DNA of 64,000 bases, from contig JAQGDQ010000709.1 of assembly GCA_030141605.1 (NCBI GenBank), positions 1 to 64,000 on the forward strand, in the 5' to 3' direction. Below, in pieces: positions 1 to 13,665 of the stretch (position 1 is its first letter; the number at the start of each line of letters is the position of its first letter). This DNA comes from Tubiluchus corallicola (Eukaryota; Animalia; Priapulida). Below the pieces are notes generated by a model that made no database searches, was not told the origin of the DNA, and worked only from the letters and a program-made list of their open reading frames with translations. The position numbers and the translations under genes are program-made.

Positions 1-193
1 GAGAAGGGACAGACAAACAGACAAAAGATAATGGAGATATAGCAAACGATCGAAATAGGTTACTACTGTACAGTGGCAATTGTATTAAAACTGATATTAG
101 TAACTTACATAGACTTGTCAAATCTTGTTTTTTGCGAAATAGAAAGAAATTATTACATAATTAGCCTCTAAAATAGCTTTTAATTTACTAACC

Positions 194-232
<39 letters not shown>

Positions 233-237
233 TAGAT

Positions 238-301
<64 letters not shown>

Positions 302-1202
302 CTCATGCAATTTTTATTTCATTGTATTTTATTTCATTTTAGTCTGTATTTGTATTTTATATGGTCTTAGTTACCAAAATAAAAATTTGAATTGAATTGA
401 AACTACGTTAGTATTTACGTTTGTACAACGTGTGATATAATGGCAGTCAAAACAAAATGCTGCTAACAAATGAAAATAATATGACTTAGAACTTGAGGTT
501 TTCCATACTAGTTATAAGTAAAGCTTATAAAATGGTTATTTACATATCATATGTACGTATGCAATTTTTAAGTAAACTTACACTGTTTACAGTAATAACT
601 TAGCAAGTTCTGTGGCCATTCTAACCTCAGGAACTGAACCCCAATAAATCACTGAATCCATTACGAGAATCATCCGGGCGGGTTATGCAAACACGAACCA
701 TGAAAACTTAATAATTCTGGCAATACTCGATGACAATAGACAGCCGGTTGTAGCACCTAAGATACGAGGAGTCGTGGATAATGTTACCGTGTGCGAAACG
801 AGCACACAAACAGTGACTCATCACCAACATTGTGCCGCGCATATCAATGAACAAATTAAGTTTATGGACAAGCCTCTAGGAGACTTACGAGGATCTAATT
901 GAGGTTGAATCAGTCATCAGGTTGTAGAAGATCAACTAGTAAAATTGTTCGACTGTTTGGCTAATTAATAGATCGGTGAATAATGATTATTATTGCTCAG
1001 TGGCTGGCTAAGGTTCTATAGATATATTTTACATACATTTTATATATAAATATTATACAATTAATAGAGAAAAAACACACAAGGATTTACAAAACACACT
1101 ACGAATACATATCTATACTTTATTCAATCATCAGGGCGACATTTCATCAATTAATTTGTTGTAAAACAGCAATTACATATTCATTAAAAAAAGCGAGACC
1201 TA

Positions 1203-1606
1203 TGTGGAAGTTGTAATTGTACATTTTTAGGTGCTGCCATCTATGAACTAATCCTTTTACATTTTACTAGCTAAACTCACCCCCAGTATAACTGTACGAT
1301 CTCCCCTATTTTACAGTAATGGTTTTTGTGAAGCCAAGTTTGCATAATCACCTATACCTATATATACTGACTGGATTTACTTTCTAGTCACTGTCTCACT
1401 CTCAGTGCAGTGCAGCAGTCGTGATACTGTCTACCTCTCAGTGATCAGTGCAGGACACTCTTGTTCTCACTGTTCAGTGTAGCAGTCATTCTACATATGT
1501 GTATGTAGTCTAATAAACACTTTCAGTTTTGTGCAAATATGTAGTATAGTTTTTTATTCTTGTTCTACCAAGTGAGTTATCTACAACTTCAAACATGACT
1601 TTCACA
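1203..1606 (+). mobile_element. Probable solo LTR (404 bp)
   Basis: TG...CA ends with a short inverted repeat (TGTGGAAG / CTTTCACA). Near-identical 5-bp flanks ACCTA / ACCCA suggest a TSD with 1 mismatch. Internal TATA-like run at ~1359 and AATAAA at 1512-1517. Confidence 0.5.
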
Positions 1607-2833
1607 ACCCATAAAGTTAATGTGTTAATTTATCTAAATCTGTATAAAATCCCAACCATTGCTCTTCCACACGAAGAGCAACCAAAAGCGAGGTAGTTTC
1701 AACAACACACGCTTGCCAGTAGAGTCACAGGTAAAAAAGTCGCAGGTTGAATGTCACAAGAAAACACCACAGGAAAAAGGGTACAAGGAAAAAGAAATAA
1801 CCCTAACCCTAGTCCTAAACATTACCACTAAACCATCCCAAGCCAAATTGATTGTGATTGATTGTGGCAAATCTGTTGCAGTATAAAACACACTCATTTT
1901 GTTTACTTCTACACCGACATGGGTCTTATTTCACCAAACACTGCACCACGTAGGCTATCAAAAAATGAAGAAGATAGCATGAACTCTGTCAGCAAGGATA
2001 ACCCTCTAAGTCTAAGTGAGCCACTGAACCAGCGGGAATGTTGTTAGCCATGCTCGGGAGTGCATACATCACCAACCCTCTACAAAATAAAGAAACGAGA
2101 ACAATGAATGAAACCGATGAGAGCGAGTATTAAAACTGTTCTCCCATCCATTCACTAACCAACCTCCGGGTTGCTACCATCGCAGAGCATACGCCACGAC
2201 TGTTCAGGTATTCCTCTCGTCTCGAAATAAAAGCTAAATAAAGAGAACAGATTTTAAAATACAATTTTCCACTTTAAAAACTACGAAAAATATAGACATT
2301 AAAGAACTTTCTCCTATTTGGGATAGTGACTTTGGTGACAAAAGTCGCTAGATTTAGCCGCCAATTTAGCCGCCGTAAACGTGTCGCTAAATGCAGAATA
2401 GTTTGAGAAAGTTTGAAAAGCCGTCGACACGCACGGTTTGCGTATAACAGGATTTACCGCCTATATTGATTATCTCTGGCAGGCAGCGCTGCTACTGATG
2501 TTCGCTTCGCTTTGATGTTTCTGTAGGCAGTAATTGAACTAAAGCTAAAGCAAGATGCCTACTCTCTGAAACTGTATAGATCTCTTCACGGGCTTCCCGC
2601 GCGCGCGAGCATGAGCTCTCGACGCTCAACAATCGTTTGAGAACTTATTAGATGGCTGTTTATCGGTTGCGGGAGGTTGCGTGATGGATAAATGCCAATA
2701 GATAGTTTATTAATGAAAACAGCAGTGTGTAAACATATGTAGACAACACAGAAGTACCGTCAGTTTAAGCTTTTGAATATTTGTATTTGTAATTATACAT
2801 AATTCTGAGCATAGACACACATATACTACATGA

Positions 2834-3510
2834 TAAGGTGAGGTAAGGTGAGGTGAGGTGAGGTAAGGTAAGGTAAGATAAGGTATGGTAAGGAGGTAAG
2901 GTAGGCAAGGCCAGTCAAGACAAGACAAAGGTAAGGTAAGGTGAGGTGAGGTGAGGTGAGGTGAGGTGAGGTGAGGTAAGGTAAGGTATGGTAAGGAGGT
3001 AAGGTAGGCAAGGCCAGTCAAGACAAGACAAGACAAAGGTAAGGTAAGGTGAGGTGAGGTAAGGTGAGGTGAGGTGAGGTGAGGTAAGGTAAGGTAAGGT
3101 GAGGTAAGGTAAGATAAGGTATGGTAAGGAGGTAAGGTAGGCAAGGCCAGTCAAGACAAGACAAAGGTAAGGTAAGGTAAGGTGAGGTGAGGTGAGGTGA
3201 GGTAAGGTAAGGTATGGTAAGGAGGTAAGGTAGGCAAGGCCAGTCAAGACAAGACAAGACAAAGGTAAGGTAAGGTGAGGTAAGGTGAGGTGAGGTGAGG
3301 TGAGGTAAGGTAAGATAAGGTATGGTAAGGAGGTAAGGTAGGCAAGGCCAGTCAAGACAAGACAAAGGTAAGGTAAGGTAAGGTAAGGTGAGGTGAGGTG
3401 AGGTAAGGTGAGATGAGGTGAGGTGAGGTGAGGTGAGGTGAGGTGAGGTGAGGTGAGGCGAGGCGAGGCGAGGCGAGGCGAGGCAAGGTAAGGTAAGGTA
3501 AGCTAAGACA
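2834..3510. repeat. Pentanucleotide (AGGTA/AGGTG)n array with higher-order interrupting unit
   Basis: Runs of GGTAA/GGTGA interrupted five times by GGTATGGTAAGGAGGTAAGGTAGGCAAGGCCAGTCAAGACAAGACAA. Confidence 0.95.
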
Positions 3511-4079
3511 AGGCAAGGTTCACTTATCAACACAAATTACTAGATGGTTGTAGCATGTATAAGGTAAGCTCGGGTAAGACATGGTGAGGTAAGGCAAGGC
3601 TAAGGAAGATTCATCTATCAACATAACAATAACCACGAGCAGTTAAATCTCTTATTCGATAATAAATGTAAAAATCAATCGATAAAGTAAAAATATCGGA
3701 AACATCTTAAAATCTAGTACAATGAAAATACCAAAAATGTTTACTTTAGTATAAAATAATCTAAAATAGAAGTTCTGATACAAAGCCTAATAGAAATTCT
3801 AGGTATTTTAAAATACGAAAATTATTAAAATTGCTAATACTATAACATAAGCAATAAAAGAATGTTTTTAAGTAAAGAAATTACATTTCCCTGTTACACC
3901 ATCTAATTTACATAACAAGCATGAAAATTAATATAAAATGCCAATTTGCACTTTTGGATTTATTCGTGTGCTTGTTTGTTTGTTCGTTCATTCACACAAA
4001 CGAATAAGGAAGCATGCAAACAAACAAACAAACAAGCAGGCAGACAAACACACAAAAATACAAACAAACAAACATTCAT

Positions 4080-4621
4080 GCTTTCATTCATTCGTTCGTT
4101 CGTTCGTTCGTTCGTTCGTTCGTTCGTTCGTTCGTTCGTTCATTCATTCATTCATTCATTCATTCATTCATTCACTAGTTCGTTCGTTCGTGCATTCGTT
4201 CATCCGTTCGTTCGTTCTTTCGTTCGCTCGTTCATTCGTCTGTTTGTTCGTTCATTCATTCATTCATTCATTCATTCATTCATTCATTCATTCATTCATT
4301 CATTCATTCATTCGTTCGTTCATTCATTCATTCGTTCGTCCATTCCTCCATTCATTGATTCATTCGTTCATTCATTCATTCATTCATTCCTCCATCCATT
4401 GATTCATTCGTTCATTAATTCATTAATTAATTAATTCACTCACTCACTCACTCACTCACTCACTCACTCATTCATTCATTCATTCATTCATTCATTCATT
4501 CATTCATTCATTCATTCATTCATTCATTCATTCATTCATTCATTCATTCATTCATTCATTCATTCATTCACTCACTCACTCATTCATTCATTCATTCATT
4601 CATTTGTTTTTTCATTCATTC
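4080..4621. repeat. Compound tetranucleotide microsatellite (TTCG)n/(TTCA)n/(CTCA)n
   Basis: Directly visible. Confidence 0.97.
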
Positions 4622-5388
4622 AGGATAAAATCGCTGAGCAAAATTTGACGTTAATGGTGGTCCTGTTGGCTTCGACTACAACACTTGATTAAGCAATTTA
4701 AAACGTACAAGTCAAATGGATGAAATCTCTGTCCAATTTAAAATTACAGCACTGCAAAAAATATCAGCTAATATATAATATATATATAGGAATATATATA
4801 TTATATATTATATATATGTATATATATCCATAAGCTCATAAAAATCGACTGTAACAACTTCACCTTAGAAGGACTTGCAATTACGTAACAAAAATTTGTT
4901 AAGACTAATGAAAGCAGAGGTCTTTGAACGGTGATGGATGACCACGTCGGCAGTGCAATTTTGCAACAATATTGAAACGACAAAATTAGAAAATTTGTGT
5001 AAACATGCCTTTTTATATCTCTATAAAATTCTAAAAAAAGAACTCGTAACATACAGTGTTCAAAACTGCTTAACTTCTGCAATCAATTTTGCAGTAACTT
5101 AGCTAAAGTTTCACTAATATTGATGTGCATGGGACAGAGCTATGTCTACATCTCGTCTACTAATATGTCTGTTTAGGTGGTGCCATCTTTCGTTGCTTTT
5201 CGAAAATAAATAAATCTAACCAAATTACGCCAATAATAGCACTTCACTCCTTATACTTAAAAGAAATACAATAACCGTAAACTAGTACCTGATAAAAATA
5301 TTAAATTGAGGTTTTCAATAAAATCATGAGCTAAAAGAACTAAAACACAAAACTGGCGGCAAGAGTATAATAGTACATACTGACGACG

Positions 5389-5843
<455 letters not shown>

Positions 5844-6294
5844 ATCTTTCAGAATTTACGAGGATTTTACTATAATCATGTTTTTTTGGTATTTTCAATA
5901 AACTGATTTTATCCTTCCAATAACATATTTGGGTATTAATTCAAATATTAGTTTTAAGAGCAACTAAAATCGGGATTTCGTTTTAATATAATCAAAAGAA
6001 ATGTAGTTTCATAAATTGTTCTAATAATTCTAATTGTGAAAATAAAATATTAAAAGCTTAGCAAGTGCCAATTCAAAATGGGGAAGAATTAATAAAACCG
6101 GGGATTGCAAATAAACATTTCTTCTTTAAAGGAGAAAAAGGGAATTTTCAAGTACGGGAATTTCCCAAAGAACTTTCCGTACAAAGTCGAAGTTATATTA
6201 ATTAGCATGATGTTTAGCTGTTTGAAAAACTTATGTAATTGGAAAAGAAAATTCTTAGTAATTTAGAAAGTTCTCGCCTCCTGACAAAATGGCA

Positions 6295-6530
6295 TCGCTA
6301 TCCCAGCGTGCACCACTGACTCACCATCCCAGTGTGCACCGCTGACTCGCCATCCCAGTGTGCACCACTGACTCGCTATCCCAGTGTGCACCACTGACTC
6401 GGTATCCCAGTGTGCACCACTGGTTCACCATCCCAGTGTGCACCACTGGTTCACCATCCAAGTGTGCACCACTGACTCGCCATCCCAGTGTGCACCACTG
6501 ACTCGCCATCCCAGTGTGCACCACTGACTC
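6295..6530. repeat. 26-bp minisatellite, ~9 copies (TCGCCATCCCAGTGTGCACCACTGAC)
   Basis: Head-to-tail near-identical units with no spacers. Confidence 0.95.
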
Positions 6531-8387
6531 ATCAAAAGACACATTATTGATCTTATTGACAAGATAAAGTAATCTATAAGAGTGTGCTGCAATTGTTCTG
6601 ACTATTTTTTCCAAATTTCACACAATGTCATTTAAACTTGTTTACCGCTCACTCTAAAATGGCTGCGTCTAACGGTCATCACGGGAATTTAGGTTTAAAG
6701 GTTTTATACAGCGTTACTGCCAATGCAAGCCCTGTACGCAGTAAGGCAGCATGAAATTGACGAAATTGCAAGAGAATTCTTTTAAGCTTTGTTTATGAGG
6801 AATGTTTTCTTGTGCTTTAAGAGTAACGTGTCAAGGTGTATTCTAAACTTGTCACGTTTTACATCTCTGCCTCCTCCTTGTGAATAATGTTTAAGCCTTT
6901 TCTTAAAATGTCGTTGTTTTATATAAGTATTCGTTGTGTATTCTTTTAAGTTTTTTTTATTAAGAGTGTTTTCTTGTGCTTTAAGAGCGTATGACTAGTG
7001 GGGGGGGGGCATAACCAAGGCTCCAACAAGAGGCTATGTGTCTTGAGAAACCGATGCATTTGAGGAAATCTGGAAGCATGTAAAGTAGTTTTTTGTCTTC
7101 TAGGATAAGTTATTTTGGTTGAAACAAATAACTATTTACAGTGTTTTTATAAGTATTGAATCATTACTTAAAAGATAATTTAATCAACTTTTCCTTGCAA
7201 ATAATGTTCAAAAAGACTTTTTGTGCCCTTTTTGTGCTCTTTTTTGTCTTTTTTGTGCCCTTTTTGTGCTCTTTGTTGTGCCCTTTTTGTGCCCTTTTTG
7301 TGCTCTTTTTTGTGCCATTTTTGTGCCCTTTTTTGTGCCCTTTCTGCATTCACGTCATCTTGGGGGCATCTGAGAGCACGTTTAGTTCAACGCCATTATT
7401 AATTTTAGCAACTATTGATATACCTGAAATTAAAAAGTTAAAAATGGAAAATGACCGACAACAATTTTACAAACACACACACACACACACAGGGTGGGGT
7501 AAGTGGGAGGGCCCCCCGGGGGGTATACCCCACCCGACCTCTATGTTTAAAAGGACCTGCTAACAAAGGAAAAAATAAAGAATGATAAAAGGAAAATAAA
7601 GCAGAGTTTCCCACTTGGGTGTTATCAGCGTAATGCGATGACTCTGTATAAGTAAGATCTTGCCAAATTAGTCCTTGGAGAAGACAATTTCTTTTTCCAG
7701 AAAACGCAGAAGTGGTCTTCATCAAAAACACCTGTAATCTGAATCAGTCAGCTCAGGAGATATAGCAGGTAAATCTACAGATAACGATGTTAATTTGAGG
7801 TGTTAAACCAGGCACGTGTGTCACAGGTGTCCAATTAATGAGAATCGTAAGGTGCGAAGAAGACAGAAAATACATCATAGAAAAAATGCCACTTAACGAA
7901 AATTAATGAGGAAGGAGTTAGGAGGATATTAAGTAATCCCAGGAGATTTCCAGGTTTTTTCGTGACGAAGCTTACCTCTAGTATATCGCGCGCTAGAATT
8001 TGCTTGTTTCCGAATTCTACCGCTCGAGGCGCTGATAGCGACGGACGTTTTCGGTAGGGTCCTTGTTGCTCTCTAGTATTTAAAAATGGTCGTGCCTTTT
8101 CTTTCAACAATTGTTTTTTAATAGTCTTTATTCGAACAGGTTGGCGACGTTTCGGATTACTTGATGGAAGTTCTTTGCAAAACTAAAAGACCAACCACGT
8201 CTTTAACACCCTAATTGTCTTAGTCGCCTTTTTACTATAACGGTAATGATTATATAACAGTAATAATGGGAAACTGATGGGGAAAACGAATTCTTAAAGT
8301 GGAAAACCAGCCAGCACCCACTTAAGCAAAGGCATGGTTTTGGATCCGACACAATTATCTGTAACGTTTTGACTATAACATGGCCAT

Positions 8388-8808
8388 CAGGACCGGAACT
8401 AGATGTGGCAAGCAGGGGGGGGGGGCGCAAAAATTTTCTGGGGGGACGAGGTATCCGAAGTGGTTAAATAATGGTTGAGCCAATTTTAACCCCTTTTATA
8501 CTGCATGCAGGCCTATGTGTGTAGGACGGCGTAGCGGACAGAGCAATAATGAGAAAATTAACTCTCAGTTAACCTAATGTTATTAATGTGCCTCTAACTA
8601 AATTGTTATTTACAGAAATTTATCACACACAAGTTTTAAGAAAATAATACACTGAAGCTACCAAACATTTTTTACCTAATTCTAATTCATATTGAAAATG
8701 ATTACATGCGAACTGCAATTTTCACTGCAAAAAAATTATTTGCCCGATTTTGCAGGGGGGGGGGCAAATTTTGACAGGTGGGCCTCGCTCCCCCTAGTTC
8801 CGCCCCTG
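8388..8808. mobile_element. Non-autonomous DNA transposon (hAT-like MITE)
   Basis: Termini CAGGACCGGAACTAG ... CTAGTTCCGCCCCTG, flanked on both sides by the 8-bp sequence ATGGCCAT (8380-8387, 8809-8816). Confidence 0.7.
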
Positions 8809-8971
8809 ATGGCCATGATCACAACCTGGACTCTTGTAATTTTTTTTATACTGTAGTTTTATTAGGTGGATTGTTGCGTGACAAAGTTTCCACGTGTTGT
8901 GGTGGAAACGTTGCAGGTGAACAAATGCCATGTTTTTGCTTAAGTCGGTGCTGGCTGTTGTTTTCATTTTA

Positions 8972-9030
<59 letters not shown>

Positions 9031-9104
9031 ATCTTTCAGAATTTACGAGGACTTTACTATAATCATGTTTTTTTGTTGTTTATCATGCTGTTTTCATTTT
9101 AATA

Positions 9105-9135
<31 letters not shown>

Positions 9136-9231
9136 CGAAGGAGAAGAGAAGAAGAAGAAGAAGAAGAAGAAGAAGAAGAAGAAGATGATGATGATGATAA
9201 TGGTGATGATAATAATAATAATAACAATAAT

Positions 9232-9312
<81 letters not shown>

Positions 9313-9350
9313 AATAATAATAATAACAATAACAATAATAACAATAATAT
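8972..9350. repeat. Compound trinucleotide microsatellite (GAT/GAA/AAT/AAC)n
   Basis: Directly visible. The distal part is probably the tail of the adjacent SINE. Confidence 0.95.
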
Positions 9351-9353
9351 CAT

Positions 9354-9620
9354 TTATTTGATATTTTTGGGTTAAGTCGGCTTTTTGGTTAACAATTAAC
9401 ATAAGCTCAAGAGCCTTTTGCCCCTCTCTTTTTTCAAGAGGAGTTTTTTGCCTCAAGTAGGTTAAAATATGTAAATAACAAACTACAACTGCATACCAAA
9501 CATTGTCATTATCCCCACTTTTAACCTGAACACATGCGCCTGTCAAGGCAATAGCAGGTACCGAACCAGCAACCTCCCAGAAGGCAAGCAGATTCATTAT
9601 CCATTAGACTGCACCGTCTG
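9354..9620 (-). mobile_element. Degenerate, internally deleted copy of the tRNA-derived MetaSINE-like element at 49.1-49.4 kb
   Basis: Shares AAGTCGG..TTTTGG..AACAATTAACAT.AGCTCAA, TGTAAATAACAA.CTACAACT, CCCCACTTTTA, AGCAGGTACC and the terminal TAGACT...CCGTCTGG with the 49 kb copy. Confidence 0.8.
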
Positions 9621-10629
9621 GTCTACGGATATTTTTCTTTTTGTAAGTTCGTGTCGGAATTATTATTCATACATAAGATTTTGTGTATTAATAACAATTT
9701 TCTATACACTTCCACAGAACGCAAACTTGATGCAGTGCTAAGTGGCCTACTTAGGTTGTGGTAAGACTGGACACTAGTCAATTAGACTATTTTCACATTT
9801 GCAAGGTTTCTAGTTTTTGTTTTAAAAACACTTTGAGTCGGTCGTGTGTCTAAAATAGGAAAAAATCACGATCAGATTTTAATGGGAATAAATACATGGC
9901 GCCACCTGTAGGCAAAACGAATCAAACACGTTACGGAAAATCGCATTTTAAAGTAAATACTCATCGTGGTGACTCATAATTGCACTTATGTAGCAGCTTT
10001 TGTCATGCGCAGAATGCGAGCAACATCGCAGTTCCATTATTAACAAATCTCTGTATTTCTCTGCCTTCTTCTACATTTGAATCAGTCGCATTCAGTGAAC
10101 ATTTGCTCTGCGCTCTTTGTCTGTTCGCTCCATTATGCCACCAACAAAATTGCGAGTCATTAGTGACTCGGGGGTAATACAGGCAGACGCCCTATTCACG
10201 TGTACCCCGGGGGACGATTGAATAGGCTGTAACCTCTTCTCGAGTTTCTCTTCCTCAATGGTCGTGACGCCGTCCTGCTGGCGAATTTGTAACCTGAGCG
10301 CCGCTGGTGCAGGTACAGCCGGGCAGGGATGTTATTGTAGCGTCTACCTGATGAAATCACGTATTTAGGGAATATTCCTAGGTTTTTCTACAGATAGGCT
10401 ACCTTTCGGCTTTTCCCAAAGGGAACAGGCGCTCCTTAATCACAGTTAATGTAATTGTGATGCATGTTGTCTGTATTGTGCTTATTGTGCTAGACTTTCT
10501 TTGATGCTCATGCTATCACGTCATTCTGAGATAAAAAATGGTTGATGTTGTTAATTATTGATGCGATACCGACAGATCTGGTTACTAATTTATGAATTGT
10601 AATGTCATTAATGCCTGAGAGAACTGTAG

Positions 10630-10730
10630 TCAAAAATAGAAAGAAAAAACTGAATACCGAACCTAGGAACCGAACTCGGGACTTACTGATCATGGAATAG
10701 ATATGCTAATCCCAAACCACCCGCTATGCC
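10630..10730 (-). mobile_element. tRNA-like SINE head remnant
   Basis: The minus strand reads ...GGGATTAGCATATCT...GTCCCGAGTTCGGTTCCTAGG...TTTTTT, a B-box-like motif followed by a T-run. Confidence 0.4.
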
Positions 10731-10789
10731 ACATTCACAAATCTAATTGCTAATTTTATGGCATGATCTCGTAGCCAAATATGAAAGTG

Positions 10790-10790
<1 letters not shown>

Positions 10791-10823
<33 letters not shown>

Positions 10824-10900
10824 AAAAGAAAGTGAGAAAGAGATATAAAATAGGAAGAGAGAGAGACAGAGCAAAAGGGGGCTGCGGCAAGAGAATGTGC

Positions 10901-10955
<55 letters not shown>

Positions 10956-11010
10956 AGAAAGAAACAAGAGAGACAGACAGAGAAGCAGAACGAGAGAGAG
11001 AGCGGGGGAA

Positions 11011-11057
<47 letters not shown>

Positions 11058-11280
11058 GAGAAAGATATACAAAATAGGAAGAGAGAGAGCCAGAGCAAAA
11101 GAAGGCTGGGGCAACAGAGTGCGCGGGGTGAGAGAGAGAACAAGAGAGACGGAGGCAGAAAGGGGAAGGGATGGGAAGAGAGAGAGAGAGAGAACTAGAG
11201 AGGGATAAAAAGAGGTGATAGACAGAGCGAGAGAGGACTGACAGGTGAAAGAGTGAGAAATAAAGAGGGAGGGGAGAAAC
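10791..11280. repeat. GA-rich/(GA)n block with internal ~60-bp duplication
   Basis: Directly visible. Confidence 0.95.
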
Positions 11281-11836
11281 AGAACGATTTTCAACAATAA
11301 ATCATTGAAGATTAGCTCTGCTATCATTAACGTCATATCATTTTTCTCCTCTTGTCCCGCGAGACCTTCCCCTCAATCTACAAACCTCGCTCAACGCCTC
11401 GTACAAACCGTGATTGACGTTCATATTTTAAAAATTACTTTCGTTACATAATTTATCGCTCGTAAAACAGTCAGTCTTGTCAACTGCCTACGACTGTGGG
11501 CGACCTTGTAACTGTGAGATGGCATGCCTTGGCTAATAAATTATTTGAATAGCAGCCTGTCAGATGATCATTATTTTATGGCATGGAGTGCATGAGGCGA
11601 ATGAGAAACACGAGCACTTATGGCAAATAATGTATGCAACCATTTAAAATGATTAAAAATGCAATATGCCACCACTTCTTCCTAAAGCATGTGATTTTTA
11701 TCGGTGTAGGCATGTGATTTTTATCAGTGTAAGCTGTGATTTTTTTTAATATTAATTTTGTAGCACATTTTACAATGCACACGTATTTTTGCATTATTTA
11801 CTGGCAGACTACACAAAAGTGCAATTCATACAATAG

Positions 11837-12527
11837 CAGGGTCGGATTAAGACCTCAACAGCACCTAAGCAATGAAAAGACTATGGTAATATATATATAT
11901 ATATACCCCAATATATGTGATGTGTAATTCAGAACAATAAAAATACAAAACTGTAAACTAACATTTCATATTTAGAAAGGAAAATTTGCAGTAATTATTT
12001 ATAATAAATGCTACTGCATCGGTTCTACTTTGCATAAAAAGTGATACTGGGTTAAAAATACAGACTTGAAATATTATAATTATTATAATCAATTAATGTC
12101 ATTATTATGCGTAGAGAGCACAGCTCACGCTGCCCGGTTCATCCGTACCGTCATATTGTGCATACAGTTCATACGTCAGGCTGAATAACAATGAAAATAT
12201 TATATGCAAGAACATTTTAAACAGTGATGCAAACTTTACTTCTGTAATTAGATGTCATTGGCGTAGTTTGTTATATCGTTAATTGTTATTTGTGTTATTG
12301 TTGTGTGTCATGATTTATTGTATTAATTTGTGATGTGTATATGAACTTTGTGAAGTTTGAAATAAAATATTAAATCTATTGCAAACAAACACAGAAACTA
12401 CCACGCATATTCTGGTATATTTTACTTTTGGGTAATAATTCGATTTGAAAAAACTCATGTGGGCCCCCCTCTTCCCCTAATGCCCTAAGCAAGCGTTTAT
12501 TTTTGTTGAATGGTTAATCCACCAGGG
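11837..12527. mobile_element. Old MITE (CAGGG.CGGATTAA ... TTAATCC-type termini)
   Basis: Left end CAGGGTCGGATTAAG...CACCTAAGCA. Right end GCCCTAAGCAAGCG...GGTTAATCCACCAGGG is degenerate. No clear TSD. Confidence 0.45.
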
Positions 12528-12751
12528 ATTGTATTTGGCAAAGCTAATGTTTTAATCAAGAACTGTATGAAATTTTGTTATAATAAAAAACCTGGTTATA
12601 TTTTGTTGGATCAAAACTTGATGAAATTTTAAGATTACCAAGAACTTGCTTAAATTTCATTACTCGCTGAGTTTTCACTTGCTTGGCTAAATATACAAAA
12701 TTTACATAGCTCACAAATAATACGTAACAAACTAGTTCCAAATTTTTACGA

Positions 12752-13665
12752 TTTATTTACAATTCAGTACTGAACAGTTTACAAATAAGGCAAAATGCAC
12801 TTAAACAAATACGTATTATTCAGACAAAAAATGAATGCTTTACAAGTAAGAACGTTTATGTACACGATATAATACAAAACTTTAAAATATCATATATATA
12901 AGACACTATATGTCAACAACTATGTACAATTCTTATTTATAATCGAAATAAAATGCGCGAAATAATCGAATCAAATTGTCAATTTTGAACTGAACTTGTC
13001 TTGAGAAACACGAAAACAAAATTTAACATCAGTTGTCTTGAAATCTTGAAAATACTACAAAATAAATAAACAAATTGAATTTTTACGAAAGAAATGCTCT
13101 CATGCATGCTTCGCCTTGAAAAAATGTCGCTAAATTATCCTTTATTTATAATCTAAACTTAAAAAACCTAAAACTTGGGTTAATCTGACCTTTTACGTAA
13201 CACGTTGCTTCCAACAGCAATGTAATAATGTAATAAATGCAATAAAAAATTGTCTGCTTCCAAAAAACACCATGATGAATACACAACTAGAAAACAGTGC
13301 AACGAAACCGTTTAACTATAAGCAACCGCGGAACAATAGAACGCTCACAAAACTTGTCAAAACGCGTCCGTTACCATGGAAACTACATCTAAACACGATA
13401 GAGAAATTAAACAGTTAAAACAATGGAGAAAGAAAACTAAAGTCAACGAAGGCAGAATAACCCAAATCCCTCCTCGGCAAAATGTGATCGGTTTAAGAAA
13501 ACGATAACCGTGAGCTTCGGGACTTGACATGCTTCTCTGTCATTTTGAGAACCACCTATGTAGCTTAATTTAACTTAAATACACTTTACTAGGCATAACT
13601 GTTCTTAAAAAAAACTTTCGTCTGCAAAAAGCACACATAATTTAGTACACAACTAAGAACCACAT
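12752..13665 (-). other. Predicted 3' UTR of Fz5/8 ending near an AATAAA polyadenylation signal
   Basis: AU-rich region downstream of the stop codon. AATAAA on the minus strand at 12752-12757 (another at ~13141). Two TGTACATA elements at 12857-12864 and 12921-12928. Confidence 0.5.

Noticed and set aside
6295-6530. CRISPR-like array
   Set aside because: Units are head-to-tail with no unique spacers, there are no cas genes, and the context is eukaryotic.
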